Below are positions 11,171 through 24,227 of a stretch of DNA of 64,000 bases, in pieces. The position numbers were made by a program, and so were the translations under genes. Source of the stretch: Rhina ancylostomus (taxonomy: Eukaryota); the NCBI GenBank assembly GCA_030265395.1, contig JARFYF010000084.1:51854049-51918048 (forward strand). The letters run 5' to 3'. Numbering within the stretch: the first letter of the stretch is position 1; each line of letters begins with the position of its first letter. Under the pieces are notes generated by a model. That model did not search any database and was not told where the DNA came from. It saw only the letters and a list, made by a program, of their open reading frames with translations.

Positions 11171-12379
11171 TGATGGGTACATTAGTACATATTCCTAGTA
11201 TTATTCATAAGCAGGCACAGAACAGAAAACAAAACAATCATGGGCGAACTTCACCACATAAACCTCAACTAGAGTGTTCTGTGCAATTCTGGGCACCATG
11301 CTTCAGGAAGGATGTAAGCCCTTAAAAAAGCTGCACAATGATTTTTTGCTGAGATTGACACACAGGTTACCAATGATGGGGAAGCAGTTCTGAAGAAAAC
11401 TCTGCTCCATGGAATACAGCAGATTAAGCAGCAAGCTAATGTAGGTTTTCAAGGTCATGAGGGTTTTAATGGAACAGGTAGAAAAAAGCTGTTCCCTTTA
11501 GCTACTGGATCAGTAACAGGGTATGGATATAAAATAGTTTTTAAAATCTCGGAGGAAAATTGGAGATTTTTTTTCAGTTAGAAATAGGTTGTGAAAATCT
11601 TATGATTCCATACATATATTCCATAAATTTACAAGTTACAGTGGACTGAGGAATTTATAGGGACAAGGTCAAGTATAAGTATGAATTTAATGACAATTTT
11701 TAACTACCAGCAAATTATCTCAATGACCCTGAAAATTAACTTTTAAAAATTCACAGTCCAATTCCTTTAGACTTGAATAGTAAGAAATCTCTTTTCAAAA
11801 TTGTGATTTAAATAAAAAAGCTGCAATAATTTTTTTTAATTTTATTGTATAGAAAATCATAAGGTCAGATTTACAGTTGAAAATTAAATCTACATTTAAG
11901 TCAAGAATTAGCTGCCATGTTCAGAACGCTTGCTTTATCAATATATATTAATTTCTATGGAGACACTATGTGCATCATCTCTACTGCCACCCCTCCCCAC
12001 TTTTTATTTTATTAAGCATGGTAATCTGTAAAATGGAATTCCATTAATAAGTCCTCAAAGAAATGAAAGAAATACTAAAGTGGAAAGTGTAATTACTGAC
12101 AACCACGTCTCAGCCAATGAGTTGGACTAGTGGGACTCACTGCTAAAAGTTAATTGTGGAGCAAATGAAAATAGAACATTACTAGTACAAAACAGTCCAT
12201 TTAGCTTAGCTGTCTACACCAGTTCCAAACAGTGATATTGATTGTCCTACTTCCCTGCTCATTTCCCATAGCCCTACATATTAATCTCCAAGTGTCTACC
12301 CAGTTCCCTTTCAAAAGCCCAGTTTGATTCTGTTTCCACCACCCTTACAAACAGATAGTTTCAAATAACCACCGTCCAC

Positions 12380-12900
12380 GTCACAGAGCACAGAAACAGG
12401 CCCTTTGCCCCAACTTGTCCACAGTGACCAAGATACCCATCTAAGCTAGTCCCATTGGCCTGTGTTTGACCCATATTNNNNNNNNNNNNNNNNNNNNNNN
12501 NNNNNNNNNNNNNNNNNNNNNNNNNNNNNNNNNNNNNNNNNNNNNNNNNNNNNNNNNNNNNNNNNNNNNNNNNNNNNACAGAGCACAGAAACAGGCCCGT
12601 TGCCCCAACTTGTCCACATTGACCAAGATACCCATCTAAGCTAGTCCCATTGGCCTGTGTTTGACCCATATTTCTCTAAACCTTTCATATCCATGTAAAA
12701 AAAATCTTTACAACCACACTCCCCCTTGTATCTTTCGGCCGAAACATTAAATTCATCCCCCTAGTCCTTGTCCTATCCGTGGATGGGAACAGCTTCTCTG
12801 TCCAAACCTTGTATACCTTAGCAATCCCATCTGAACCTTCTTTGCTCCAAGAACAACACAGTCTGATCCTGTAGATGAAAACTCTCTGGGACCATTCTGG
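12380..12900 (-). mobile_element. CR1 3' end or CR1-tailed SINE fragments
   Basis: Reverse complement of the CR1 3' tail (cacagaaacaggcccttt..cccaac), repeated on both sides of a 100-N gap. Confidence 0.6.
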
Positions 12901-13760
12901 TAAAAAGTAAATTTGCTCATAAAACTATGTTTATTGTGTGCAGACAGAAACTACAGTAATGTCTCCCAATAAAAGGTGGGAAATTTCTTCAGAAAAACAC
13001 ATTGAGTGGTGGCTAGATATACATAAATTATGCGCAGAAAGTCAATCTCAGTCACTTACCCAGAAACCAAGCTTGTCTGGCTACAGCACTATCACCAGAT
13101 GCAGTTATACAGAAAGAGAAACCACAGCAAGTAAAAGAATGGCAATGTTTTTGTTGATAATTTTTATGACCACTCACAGCAGATGGACTATTTTGTCAGG
13201 TTACAATCTGCAGTTTAGATACCACTTACATTTTTTTTATTACTTCTAACAGTTTAATAACAAGTTGTACCTTGACAATTTCTCAATAATACACACCCCA
13301 TCACACACAGCAGGTGTTCATGCAGATGCAATTGCAAGCACAAGCTCTGAAGAAAGTTTATTTTTTTCATTCACTCTCTTACATTGATCTGCCTGCAGTT
13401 CCTTGATTCTCTGACTCTTCAATGAAAGTATGAAAGATGTTGGTGAAAAGCTCTCTACAACAATGCCTGGATATGCCCAGTTAAAATATGTGGAAATACC
13501 AACTTTCCAAAATGAACGAACTATAGCAAAGGTGAAAGCATAGCCAACAAAGACTGGGGGAAAACGGTAACTGGAGAGACTAGTGGTGCAAAATCTGTGG
13601 GAATGTAAATTCAACAAGGCGATCAGAGAGGTATACTTCACAAAGGCCAAACTAGAAGGGAGGAATGAATAATTGAAGCTGAGACACACTAAATCTTAGT
13701 ATATATTCATAAAAGCACAAGGTAATGCTCTTGGAATATGGTGAAGAAAGGCTGCCATAC

Positions 13761-13971
13761 CGTGATATCCTGTATGACCTGTTGCACCATTGCTGCATTT
13801 GCCACCATGTGTTGCCGAAGCTGGGTTTGCTGAAGTAGAAGGCGAAGAATCTGAGCAACAACAGGAAGCTCCCCCTGGCAGGTACCATTTACTCGCAGAC
13901 TCTGCAGCAACAGTCGAAGCAAGCGTGGAATGCGGGCCAGTGCTGTTAGGCACGATCCCCACAGCAATTCT
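13761..13971 (-). CDS. TEX10: TEX10 coding exon 13
   Basis: tttttacag / gtatgg. (R)ELLWGSCLTALARIPRLLRLLLQSLRVNGTCQGELPVVAQILRLLLQQTQLRQHMVANAAMVQQVIQDIT. 211 nt, phase 2 to 0. Confidence 0.95.
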
Positions 13972-15489
13972 CTGTAAAAATATTTTCAAAACATCAAACT
14001 TTCAACAACACCTGGGAAAACAGCTTATAAAAAAAGTTAGTGTGAACAAAATAATTACTCACCCCTTAAAACTATTTAATACACCAGACACATTTCAGGA
14101 TATTATTGGAATTCTGGGCAGCTTTATTTGAAAAGACCAGGATTTGATCTTGTTCAAATAAATATGTCAATGCCCCAAGCCATAAAAAATTATGATATAC
14201 AATATCATTTGTTCACCAATAATACACAAATCCAAATCCCTTAAATAGAGTGAAGGTAAGAGTGGTACCAAGACGCATAATCAGGGCAAGTTGCACGAGG
14301 GATAATATAGATTCTGAACAAAAAATAACAGGACATTTTTCAGAATTAAGAAGTGCTCCTCCAAAGGAATTTCCATTGTAGCAAACTGAACTACTAAATC
14401 CAAAGTGAGGGAACAATGTTCACATTTTCTATTATCAAACCTGAGGTTTAGCGATTGTGATGAGATTGTGAAAAGCTTCAAAAGAACATGCATAGCCTAG
14501 CACAAAGGACAGAAAGCTGAAGACAATACATTTTGAAAGAAAAGGGAAAGGAAGTATACTTTAATTGTCAAAATTATAAATGGAATAGAATGAAGGTGAA
14601 AATGTACAAATCATTATTAAAGTCTAATTAGAAAAAGGACACGAGGGTGGCAACGTAACATTCATTTTGTATTCAAAGAAATAAACAAAAGTGGTAATTT
14701 TGAAACCATACATTATCTTCTTTAATTAGAATTAGAGTATTTTGTAGCTTTCAGATCGCCTGCTATTGTAAAGATGTAAAAACAACGTAAAAGTTGTATA
14801 GAACTGAGCTGCTGGGTATCATCAGTGAAGAATAAAAATAACTGACAAAACAGATAACAAGGTAAGGTCTTCTCCCCAGATCAGAGACATTATAAAGTTG
14901 CCTTATGTCCTCCAGATTTTTAAGGTAAAAAGTGGGAAATTATTTGTACTAATTAGCCAGATGGTAAAAGAATAGCTATTACATTTATAATAATCAAAAA
15001 AGGAATTAAATATAGAATAAAAGAAACACATTTTATTGAATAATTTGAATAGAGAATTTATTGCTATGAATAGTGTTAAAACAGAGTACTTTAAAAAGGA
15101 AATCAGATTATTTTAAAAAAGGATGCAGGAGTGAGAACAAAGTGGGATTAAACCAAGTGGTTTATGAAGAAAGGATATGGGTACAGATGTGGCGAGTTGA
15201 TTAATTACAACATTCTGAAAAGTGAGAATCCACAAGTAACTAACGTATATTGAGCTTCAATGTTGAATCCTGCCATTATCATGGAATGTTCAAAACTATG
15301 AATATGCAAGGAGTCCTGTAAATTCAATTAATAATCTCTTGCTGTTAAACATTAGCAGATTATTGAACTGATATGATAATTTTGTATTAACTGTGGGTCA
15401 GGAAACAAATGGGCACAAATCACAATCAATAGTATCGTGAAAATCTCATCTCCAGTTATTTCATTTACAAGTAATTCTCTTTGAAATGA

Positions 15490-15920
15490 ATCACAGAATC
15501 GTACAACACAGAAAACAGGACCTTTTGGCCTACTTCATTCATGCTGACTGCGAAGCCTATCTGCGCTGATCATATTTGCCGGCATTAGGCCCTTATCACT
15601 CTATGCCTTTTCTATCCAAGTACCCATCCAAATGGCTCTTAAACATTGTAGTTGTAGTTATATCTGCATCTACCACTTCCTCTGGCAGCTCATACCAAAT
15701 AAACACCATCCTTTGTGTGGAAAAGCATACCCCTCAGATCTCCTTTAAATTTCTCCCCTCTCACCTTAAACCCATGCCCTCAAGTATTCGATTCCCCTAC
15801 CCTGAGAAAAAGACTGACTACCTTATCTCTGACCCCCATAAGTTTATAAACCTCTATAAACTCATGCCTCAGCCTCCTATGTTCTAGTGAGAACAAACCC
15901 AGCCTATCCCATCTCTCTTA
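15490..15920 (-). mobile_element. CR1 3' fragment
   Basis: Reverse complement of CR1 ORF2 end and 3' UTR (ctttctcaccttaaac-like, aacaaacccagcctatcc). Confidence 0.7.
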
Positions 15921-16039
15921 TTATTAGCTTGATATGAAACAAATTCACACAGTTGCCATGCAATAGTTGTCTAAAGACAAACCTCATCAATCAATGAAAA
16001 ATCTTGAGAAACACACTGAGGTATTCTTTAACATAAGCA

Positions 16040-16290
16040 AAAAGCAAACTGCTGGAGCAACTCAGTGGATCAAGCAGCATCTATGGAGGCAGAGGGATGG
16101 GTAACATTTCAGGTAGGGCCTTGTGACAGGATTTTCCTTCTCAGGATTAAGGGGGAAAAGTTAGTCCTGATGCAAGGTCTCAACCCAAAATGTAGACTTA
16201 ACACCTTTTACTGATCAACCCACTGAGTTCTTCTAGCATTCTGTTTTTGTTCCAGATTCCAGCATCTGCAGTCTCTTTTGTCTTCATGAC
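16040..16290. mobile_element. Penelope-like terminal module in inverted arrangement
   Basis: aactgctggagcaactcagtggatcaagcagcatct at the left; its reverse complement (ctgagttcttctagca..ccagcatctgcagtc) at the right; ctgatgcaaggtctcaaccc in between. Confidence 0.55.
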
Positions 16291-18846
16291 AATGACCTGT
16301 AGACAGTTTAACATTACTCTTACACTCATTTTCTCTAAATTTCACTGATTTTGGAGATTTAAATTCCACACCAGCAAACCTTCCCAAGATCCACCCCCAT
16401 CTCCAGTATATTCCTATTGGCACTTATCAGGATCATAGATTCTATTATTAAATATTACAAAAAGATTGAGATTGAACTGACTGCACCAGTACAAATGTTA
16501 CCCAGTTAGAGCTACCCTGCAGAGCACTAATTTGTAACAGTGCTCTTGGTCCTACAGTCAAAACACTTACAGTTATGTACCCCCTGTACTTTTCTGCTTG
16601 AGCTATGCACTATTAGCCTTGGGATCTGGCTTAAACTCTTGCCCTCCCTGCCATTGCATGCTGCTCCACTGAAACCTCAAAAGTGAGGCCCTATTCTTCC
16701 TGCTGCTGTGCCAGGAACCCAATATAAACCCCTATCTCAACTGGCATTCCCTGTGCATAGAATCGTCCATGGCTTGGTGCAGACAGCCCACCTGTGAGGC
16801 TAATACTGGGCAACCCGGGTGGTGAAGCCCAGGTCTGTTTCCTGGCCAGCATTGCAAGTGAGTGCCATTGCTGCAGACTGGAAGTACCTGCACCATGTTG
16901 ACAAACTGCCTGGATCCTTCTGTTTCCCTCATCACCACCTCTGTTGGATGCGATGGAAGCTGCTGCCACCCTACATCTTTGGCTGCACAGTTTTTGGTGA
17001 TCACTGGCCGAGCTAATCTCTTGCCCGAGGATGCACAGCAGCACAGTCCAACAGGAGATGATGAGAGACACCAGCAGCATCTGGGCAGTCTGTCAACACA
17101 TGGAGTAGGCACTGCCAGTCCTCCGCATCTGCCTGCCACACTGTGCGAGCCAGGGTATCACATCTCAACACGGAGCAGCTGCCCTACTTGCTTCAGCTTG
17201 CTCAGCTTTCACAAGCTATCTCTCCACACCAAATCATGGACAATTCATTGCTAAGAGAGGGCCAGCAGAGGGAAAGGGCTTGGGCCAGGTTCCTGGCACC
17301 TGGATTCCAGAACAATAGTACACATCAGCAGGGAGGGCTGGGGTTTGTGGCAGGTTCCTGGCAGAGCGATGCTGTCAGTAATACATCCCCATATGTATGA
17401 TGCTGTAATGATCGAGTGCCGATTCCACTGGCACTCTTGTTCCTAAGTGCTAGGCAAGGTACTTGTGTTTTGCATTGAATTATTCACAAGTTAACCCTTG
17501 AACTCCTGCCCCATCACTGCTGCTTTGCTCAATATAACTTTTCCAAACTAATCTGTAAAACTAATGTGATCCAAAATAAACTAATCTGGCCTAACTTCCT
17601 AAAGTTATTTGGCCAACTCAAATTTAGCAAAGTCGAACAAAAAAAAAGTCATTCATCTTGAGTTCTTGAATTCATCCAATTTTTTTTTTACGGGAAATCA
17701 GTACAGATATGGAATGCAATAATAAATGAAGGAAAGATGCTAGACATGCTCGATGAAGATTCTGAAAGAACGAAGAAAGGAAAGAAGTACTACAGGAATA
17801 TTAGAGGATTAGTCAGAAGAATAGATAATAATCTTCATTGTAACATTCTGCAGCATTGGAAGATATATAACATTTTATCCTCATTGGCCAAAAAAGTACC
17901 ATTTTGTTTAATCCCATTTCTCATCTTTTGGTCTATATCCTAATAGAAGCCAGGAAATTTTTAAATGTGATGAGGGCTTCTGCCTCCACCACCATTTCAA
18001 GCAGTTAGTTCCAGGCCCTCATCCATCTTTGGATGAGAAAAAAAACAAATCCCGCTGTCCCTTTCATCCTTAGGTATTGACCTCTCTGCTAAGAGAAATG
18101 GGTCCATTCTGTTCACTCCGTGTAGGTTTGAATTTTACACACCAATTTTATATAGCTCATTTGTTCCAAAGAAAACAATCCCAGCCTTGTCAATCTCTCT
18201 GCATTACTACCATTCTCTAATCATGGATCCATCTCTCCCACACCCTCTACTTAACCACTCTATGCTGGTACTTCCAGTGAAGTGATCTGCAGTCATGGAC
18301 TCCAAGATCCCTGTTCCATGCAAAAATGTTAAAAAGATGACAATTAAAATTATTAATAATTAAAAGTTGACAAGTCATCTGTAAAAGATCTTACATATTT
18401 TAGAATATAGGGCAAGTTAAAATTTTGAAAAACAAAAGGTTTCAGCTAAATAACGGAAATTGCCAGAAAGTGTGTGTGGAATTGTATATGTTGATGAATG
18501 TGGGGAGTGGTATGTAGGGAGAAGAGATAAGTAACAATAAAAGATCTGGTTTCAGGTAGCATATGATGATTATTCTGGACAACACATGTTAATATAGGCT
18601 TAGCAAAGTAAATCATTCCAGGTGTGTCATAGAAAAGTTATTAAATAAAAATTGATGCAAACCTACACAAGATGACAATACAAGGTGATGAAAAAGGTCA
18701 TTTTTGAGAGGCTTGGCTTAAAAGAAAAAAAGGAACTAAATAGATAACAACATGCAATAAATCCCCACATTGCTCAACAGAAAGCACTTCACATTTATGC
18801 CGCACTTAGTTTTAAGAGCAGAAAATTCTAAAGTAATTTTAATTAC

Positions 18847-19028
18847 CTTTTCTGTGCATTTCCTCTGTTATTTCTTTCCAAAGTTAAGATGAAGTAAAGG
18901 AGGCTGTAGCAACTCCCGACAAGGAAGTTCAACAAAGACTCATTAGGAATAAATGCTGGATCTATGAGCTGGCCAACAGTTTTTAGGATTGACCCTGCCG
19001 TGCTGTCTGGCAAAAGACTTACACCCAC
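18847..19028 (-). CDS. TEX10: TEX10 coding exon 12
   Basis: ttcactcctcag / gtaatt. VGVSLLPDSTAGSILKTVGQLIDPAFIPNESLLNFLVGSCYSLLYFILTLERNNRGNAQK(R). 182 nt. Confidence 0.95.
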
Positions 19029-20049
19029 CTGAGGAGTGAAAACACAGTTTATGTTTCAAAACAGATAATTACTTAGCAATGAAAATCCTCAACTAAACAA
19101 AATACCTGTTTAAAAAAACCTAAAGATAAATGATGAAAACTTATTCATTTACTTTCTTTCAGTTGATTTAAAATGACTTGCAGTTCTTTAGCATTGTGAT
19201 ATAATTGCTGGTGCAAAGCTCTGCTAACAACAGAATCAGGAAAAGATGAGAAAGTCTTTGATTCCCAACAGAATGCTCTATTATAGCATCCACTGGGTTA
19301 ACTGGGAAAAAATGAAGTACTGTTTTAATCAAATATGCCCCAAGGTTTGCTTTGGGAGCATGGTCACTCTTAAAGATGTTTAAAAAAAGACCCTTGGCAG
19401 ATTGTTTGAGCATAGATGATCAACCAGCTTTATACTAACAGAAATGAAATGCTGATAGAATTAACTGAGAACTCCATTAATACCAGAAATACAAAAATGG
19501 GATGATTGCAGAGGTAGCATGTGATCAAATACTTTAATGAGTGTGCTCTTCTGAATTTTGTTTTTCATGTTTCACAATTTTTATTAAAAAGTAAATGTTA
19601 GGGTGTACTATTTCTTAATCTAATAATTGAAATATATGGCAGATGATTGATATACAGATAACCACCAGAAGGCCTTGCAAGCCTTGGTTGTGCAGTTAGA
19701 TTAACTACAACTTAGTTCATTGATTGCTCCTCTACGAGTGATAAAACCACCAGACCTAACTCCCACTCAATATTTAAGGCTCCTGCTTTTGGTCGGATTA
19801 ACTACCTCTCCCACAACTGGCTTAAATTTCATGTAGAGTTTGCAGATTCTCAGATGCATTGTGCCAGTGAAATCTGGCTACTTCATGTTGCTGAAATATT
19901 TGCACTGCACTGAAAAACAGATAATTAGTTCTACTTCGGACAAAGTAAACAGAAGCAATGTTCTCACTTCTTGCTCATAACAGTGCTAAGTTTTAAAAGA
20001 TGAGCTCTGTGGATGATCTCAAAGACAATCCGAGCATTAGACATTGGGG

Positions 20050-20310
20050 CAGATACAAGAGACTGCTGATGCTGGAATCTGGAGCAACAAACAGGATCAA
20101 GCAGCATCTGTGGGAGGAAAGGAATTGTTGACATTTCAGGTCGAAACCCAATATTGGGACTGAGAGTGGAGAGGCGAGATGGCCAGTAAAAAGAGAAGGG
20201 GATTGGTGAGAAAGGAATCTGATGTGATTGGTGGATTGAGGAGGGGTGCAAGATGACAGGCAGGTTGCAGCAGGTAGGGGAATGGGGGCGATTAGACACA
20301 TGGGTGCATG
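20050..20310 (-). mobile_element. Penelope-like terminal fragment
   Basis: gactgctgatgctggaatctggagcaaca..caagcagcatctgtgg..gacatttcaggtcgaaaccc module. Confidence 0.55.
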
Positions 20311-20459
20311 GCCATTTGCCATTAGTAAAAGATTTAAAAACAGTCTTAATTATATCAATCTAATTAATTACTACTTTTTTTAAATTTATTTTTATATACT
20401 TTTTTTTAATTTAAAAAATAAATAAATATAAAGCTTTGGGTAAGCCTAGTGATTTCTAG

Positions 20460-21063
20460 GTTCAGGTGAGGCCCGGACCATTGGAACAGCTCCCTCCTTT
20501 CCCAATACTGCAGCCAATGTCACACAAATTCAAACTCACTTCTCCCATGCCAGTCTTTGAGCCACTGATGTTATTTGACCCTGTGCCAATTTGCATATGG
20601 CTAAGGTGGCAATCCAGATATTATTACCTTTTTGGTTCTACTTTTTAATTTAGTCCCAAGCTGCTCCAATTCCCTCATCACAACCTCTTTCCCTGTTCTA
20701 CCTAAGTCATTGGTACTCACATGGTTAATGACAACCGGATCTTTCCCCTCCCACTCCAAATTCCTCTGCAGATCAGATAAGATGTTCCAAACCCGGGCAT
20801 CAGTCAGGCAACACAGCCTTCAGGACTCTTGATCCTTGCAGCAGAGAACTGTGTCTATTCCCCTGACTATACTCTCCCCAATTACAATTACATTTCTTTG
20901 CCTCCCCCCCCCCCCCAAATGGCTCCCTGATCCACAGTTAAGTTGCTCATCCTTCCTACAGACCCCACTCTCATCCGCACAGGGATCGAGAATTGCAGAC
21001 CTGTTGGACAATCTCAAAGGCTGAGGCTCCTCCAGCACTACTTCTTGGATTCCCCCTACCTTG
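20460..21063 (-). mobile_element. CR1 ORF1 fragment (GDSL/SGNH esterase-like)
   Basis: Minus-strand RNVIVIGESIVRGIDTVLCCKDQES resembles the GDS-IVR motif of CR1 ORF1. A related sequence lies at 57050-57370. Confidence 0.7.
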
Positions 21064-21649
21064 NNNNNNNNNNNNNNNNNNNNNNNNNNNNNNNNNNNNN
21101 NNNNNNNNNNNNNNNNNNNNNNNNNNNNNNNNNNNNNNNNNNNNNNNNNNNNNNNNNNNNNNNNNNNNNNNNNNNNNNNNNNNNNNNNNNNNNNNNNNNN
21201 NNNNNNNNNNNNNNNNNNNNNNNNNNNNNNNNNNNNNNNNNNNNNNNNNNNNNNNNNNNNNNNNNNNNNNNNNNNNNNNNNNNNNNNNNNNNNNNNNNNN
21301 NNNNNNNNNNNNNNNNNNNNNNNNNNNNNNNNNNNNNNNNNNNNNNNNNNNNNNNNNNNNNNNNNNNNNNNNNNNNNNNNNNNNNNNNNNNNNNNNNNNN
21401 NNNNNNNNNNNNNNNNNNNNNNNNNNNNNNNNNNNNNNNNNNNNNNNNNNNNNNNNNNNNNNNNNNNNNNNNNNNNNNNNNNNNNNNNNNNNNNNNNNNN
21501 NNNNNNNNNNNNNNNNNNNNNNNNNNNNNNNNNNNNNNNNNNNNNNNNNNNNNNNNNNNNNNNNNNNNNNNNNNNNNNNNNNNNNNNNNNNNNNNNNNNN
21601 NNTTGCAGTCACAATAGTTCATGTTAATTCAGCCAATTACTGGACTTAC

Positions 21650-21730
21650 CAGATGTTTGCAGATGGCACTTTGCAGGATATCACAGCACTGGATTCTGGA
21701 AGGTATTGCTGATAAGCACTGACATACCAC
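21650..21730 (-). CDS. TEX10: TEX10 coding exon 11
   Basis: tttacctttcag / gtaagt. VVCQCLSAIPSRIQCCDILQSAICKHL. 81 nt, phase 0 to 0. Confidence 0.93.
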
Positions 21731-22269
21731 CTGAAAGGTAAAGCATTAAAGCATTAAACAGCAAATTAAGGACTCATAGCCAACCGCATTACATATGTCA
21801 GTTATTTTCCAAAATATAATTTAAATTATACACGTGGCCAACTTATATTAAGGACCAAACTTTAGTTTAGACTTTGTATGACGAAAATGCGCACAAAAAT
21901 CAAAACCAACATGCATTCCAAAATTCAAATCTCCAAATGAAAAGGTACCCAAACCTATCTCTATAGGTTTGTAGATTGTACCACTGAGAAACATTTTTTT
22001 TGTGTTTGGGGGTATATCAGTGGATTGAGACAAATTAGTATTGTCAAATTCAAATTAATTACAAACATATTCATTTCATCATAGCTAATAACAAAATATG
22101 AAAATTCATTTGAGCTGTACATAAAGAAAAAACTGAAGGACATTAAATGTAGGTTATTCATCAGTTAATCATCATGGAAAGGAGTAAAATAATTAGCTTG
22201 ATAAGAGTCGGTGCCATTGAAAATGAAGAGTGATGGATGTTTTACACATTCAGTACATGCAATGCAACA

Positions 22270-22530
22270 ATGAGAAGGGTGCAGAGGATGGTATCTGAGA
22301 TGGAATGTTTCTGTTATAAGGAGAGACTGGATAGGCTGGGTATGTTTTCCCTGGAGCAGAAGACACTGACAGCGAACTTGATAGAGATGTACAAAATTAT
22401 GAGAGGTGTTGATAGAGTGGATAGTGAGAAATTTTTCCCCATGGTCAAGAAGTTTAAGAAAATAGGGCTTAGTTTAAGGTGAAGAGTAAGAGGTTTAGAG
22501 AAGATATGAGCAAGAACTTTTTCAGTGGTA
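22270..22530 (+). mobile_element. CR1 ORF2 3' fragment
   Basis: YKERLDRLGMFSLEQKTLTANLIEMYKIMRGVDRVDSEKFFP. Confidence 0.8.
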
Positions 22531-23089
22531 GGTTAGCTTGCGAGATAACTTGCTAACAGTTAAATAGCTTGCTAGTGTATTTCAGAAGCAAGTTATGATT
22601 TCAACATCCGGTTATCAATCTGGAGATGTACAAAGACCGAGCTGGGTAAAGGTGGCAGATAATTCTTTTCTTGAAAGACAATGGTATACTGATTGGAATT
22701 CCATGAGTACTCTTACAGCTTCATGGTCAGTTTTTGTTTGAAAAATTGCAGATTATTTAATTAAATTGAATTTAGCCATCCAGGTTTCTAGATTATCACT
22801 CCAGTAATTTAAATACTATGCCACTGCCGCAGAAACATTAAGATAATTCTAAAAGACAGAAAATAAAGCATTTGGTTTAAGTTGAAAGTTCTAATTTTAA
22901 AAATAGCAAAATCTCAAGAAGTTTTATGAACAAGTCATTTGGGGTGGGAGAGCAAGCCATTATTCCTGTTGTTAATCACCTTTTATGGGCAAATTGATTT
23001 CATATGAAGCCTAATTGTCTTTGAATCGGTTTGTCAAACTTTAACTGAATTAACTATGGTTTCAGTTGTCAATAGAAGAATCAACATTT

Positions 23090-24227
23090 CAGAACCATCT
23101 CACTGGCTTTCCACTCAGCTTTGAAGCACATAAACAGCAAAACATACAACAGGCTGCTGTTTATTGGCATTCAACACCATCCTTCGCTCAGTACTAATCA
23201 ACAAGCTTCAAAACCTGGGCCTCTGCACCTCCCTCCGCAACTGGGTCCTCGAATTCCTTATCAGGAGACCACAGTCAGTGCAGATCGGCAGTAACATCTC
23301 CTCTTTGCTGACAATCAACACAGGCGCACCTCAAGGATGCATGCTTAGCCCACTGCTCTACTGTCTCTACGCTCATGACTGTGCGGCTAGGCACAGTTCA
23401 AACGCCACCTATAAATTCACCAATGATATCACTGTTGTTGGTAGAATCTCAGATGACGATGAGGCAACGTACAGGAGTGAGATAGGTCAGCTAGTTGAGT
23501 GGTGTCACAACATCCTCGCACTCAACATCAACGAGACCAAGGAATTGATTGTGGACTTCAGGAAGGGGAAATTAGGAGAACACACACACCAGTCTTCATT
23601 GAGGGGTCAGCGGTGGAAAGGGTGAGAAGCTTCAAGTTCTTGGGCATCAATATCTCACAGGATCTATCCTGGGCCCAACACATTGTTGTAATCACAAAGA
23701 AGGCAGCTTTGTTAGGAGGTTGAAGAGATTTGGTATGTCACCAAATTTCTACAGATATNNNNNNNNNNNNNNNNNNNNNNNNNNNNNNNNNNNNNNNNNN
23801 NNNNNNNNNNNNNNNNNNNNNNNNNNNNNNNNNNNNNNNNNNNNNNNNNNNNNNNNNNNNNNNNNNNNNNNNNNNNNNNNNNNNNNNNNNNNNNNNNNNN
23901 NNNNNNNNNATCAAGGACATTTTCAAGACTTCAAGAAGGCGGCATCCATCATTAAGGACCCGCACCATCCAGGACATGCTTTCTTCACATCAGGGAGGAG
24001 GTACACAAGTCTGAAGACCCACACTCAACATTTCAGGAACAGCTTCTTCCCCTTCACCATCAGATTTCTGAACAGTCTATGTACCCATGAACACTACTTC
24101 GTTATTCCTCTTTTGCACTATTTATTTTTGTAACTTTTAGTAATTTTTATGTTTTGCACTGTACTGCTGCTGCAAAACAATAAATTTCATGACATATGTC
24201 AGTGATAATAAAGCTGATTCTGATTCT
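23090..24227 (+). mobile_element. 5'-truncated Rex1/Babar-like LINE with 3' tail
   Basis: [40 protein letters not shown]. Ends gataataaagctgattctgattct. Confidence 0.85.

Noticed and set aside
13790-14131. 113-aa plus-strand ORF
   Set aside because: Antisense shadow of TEX10 coding exon 13.
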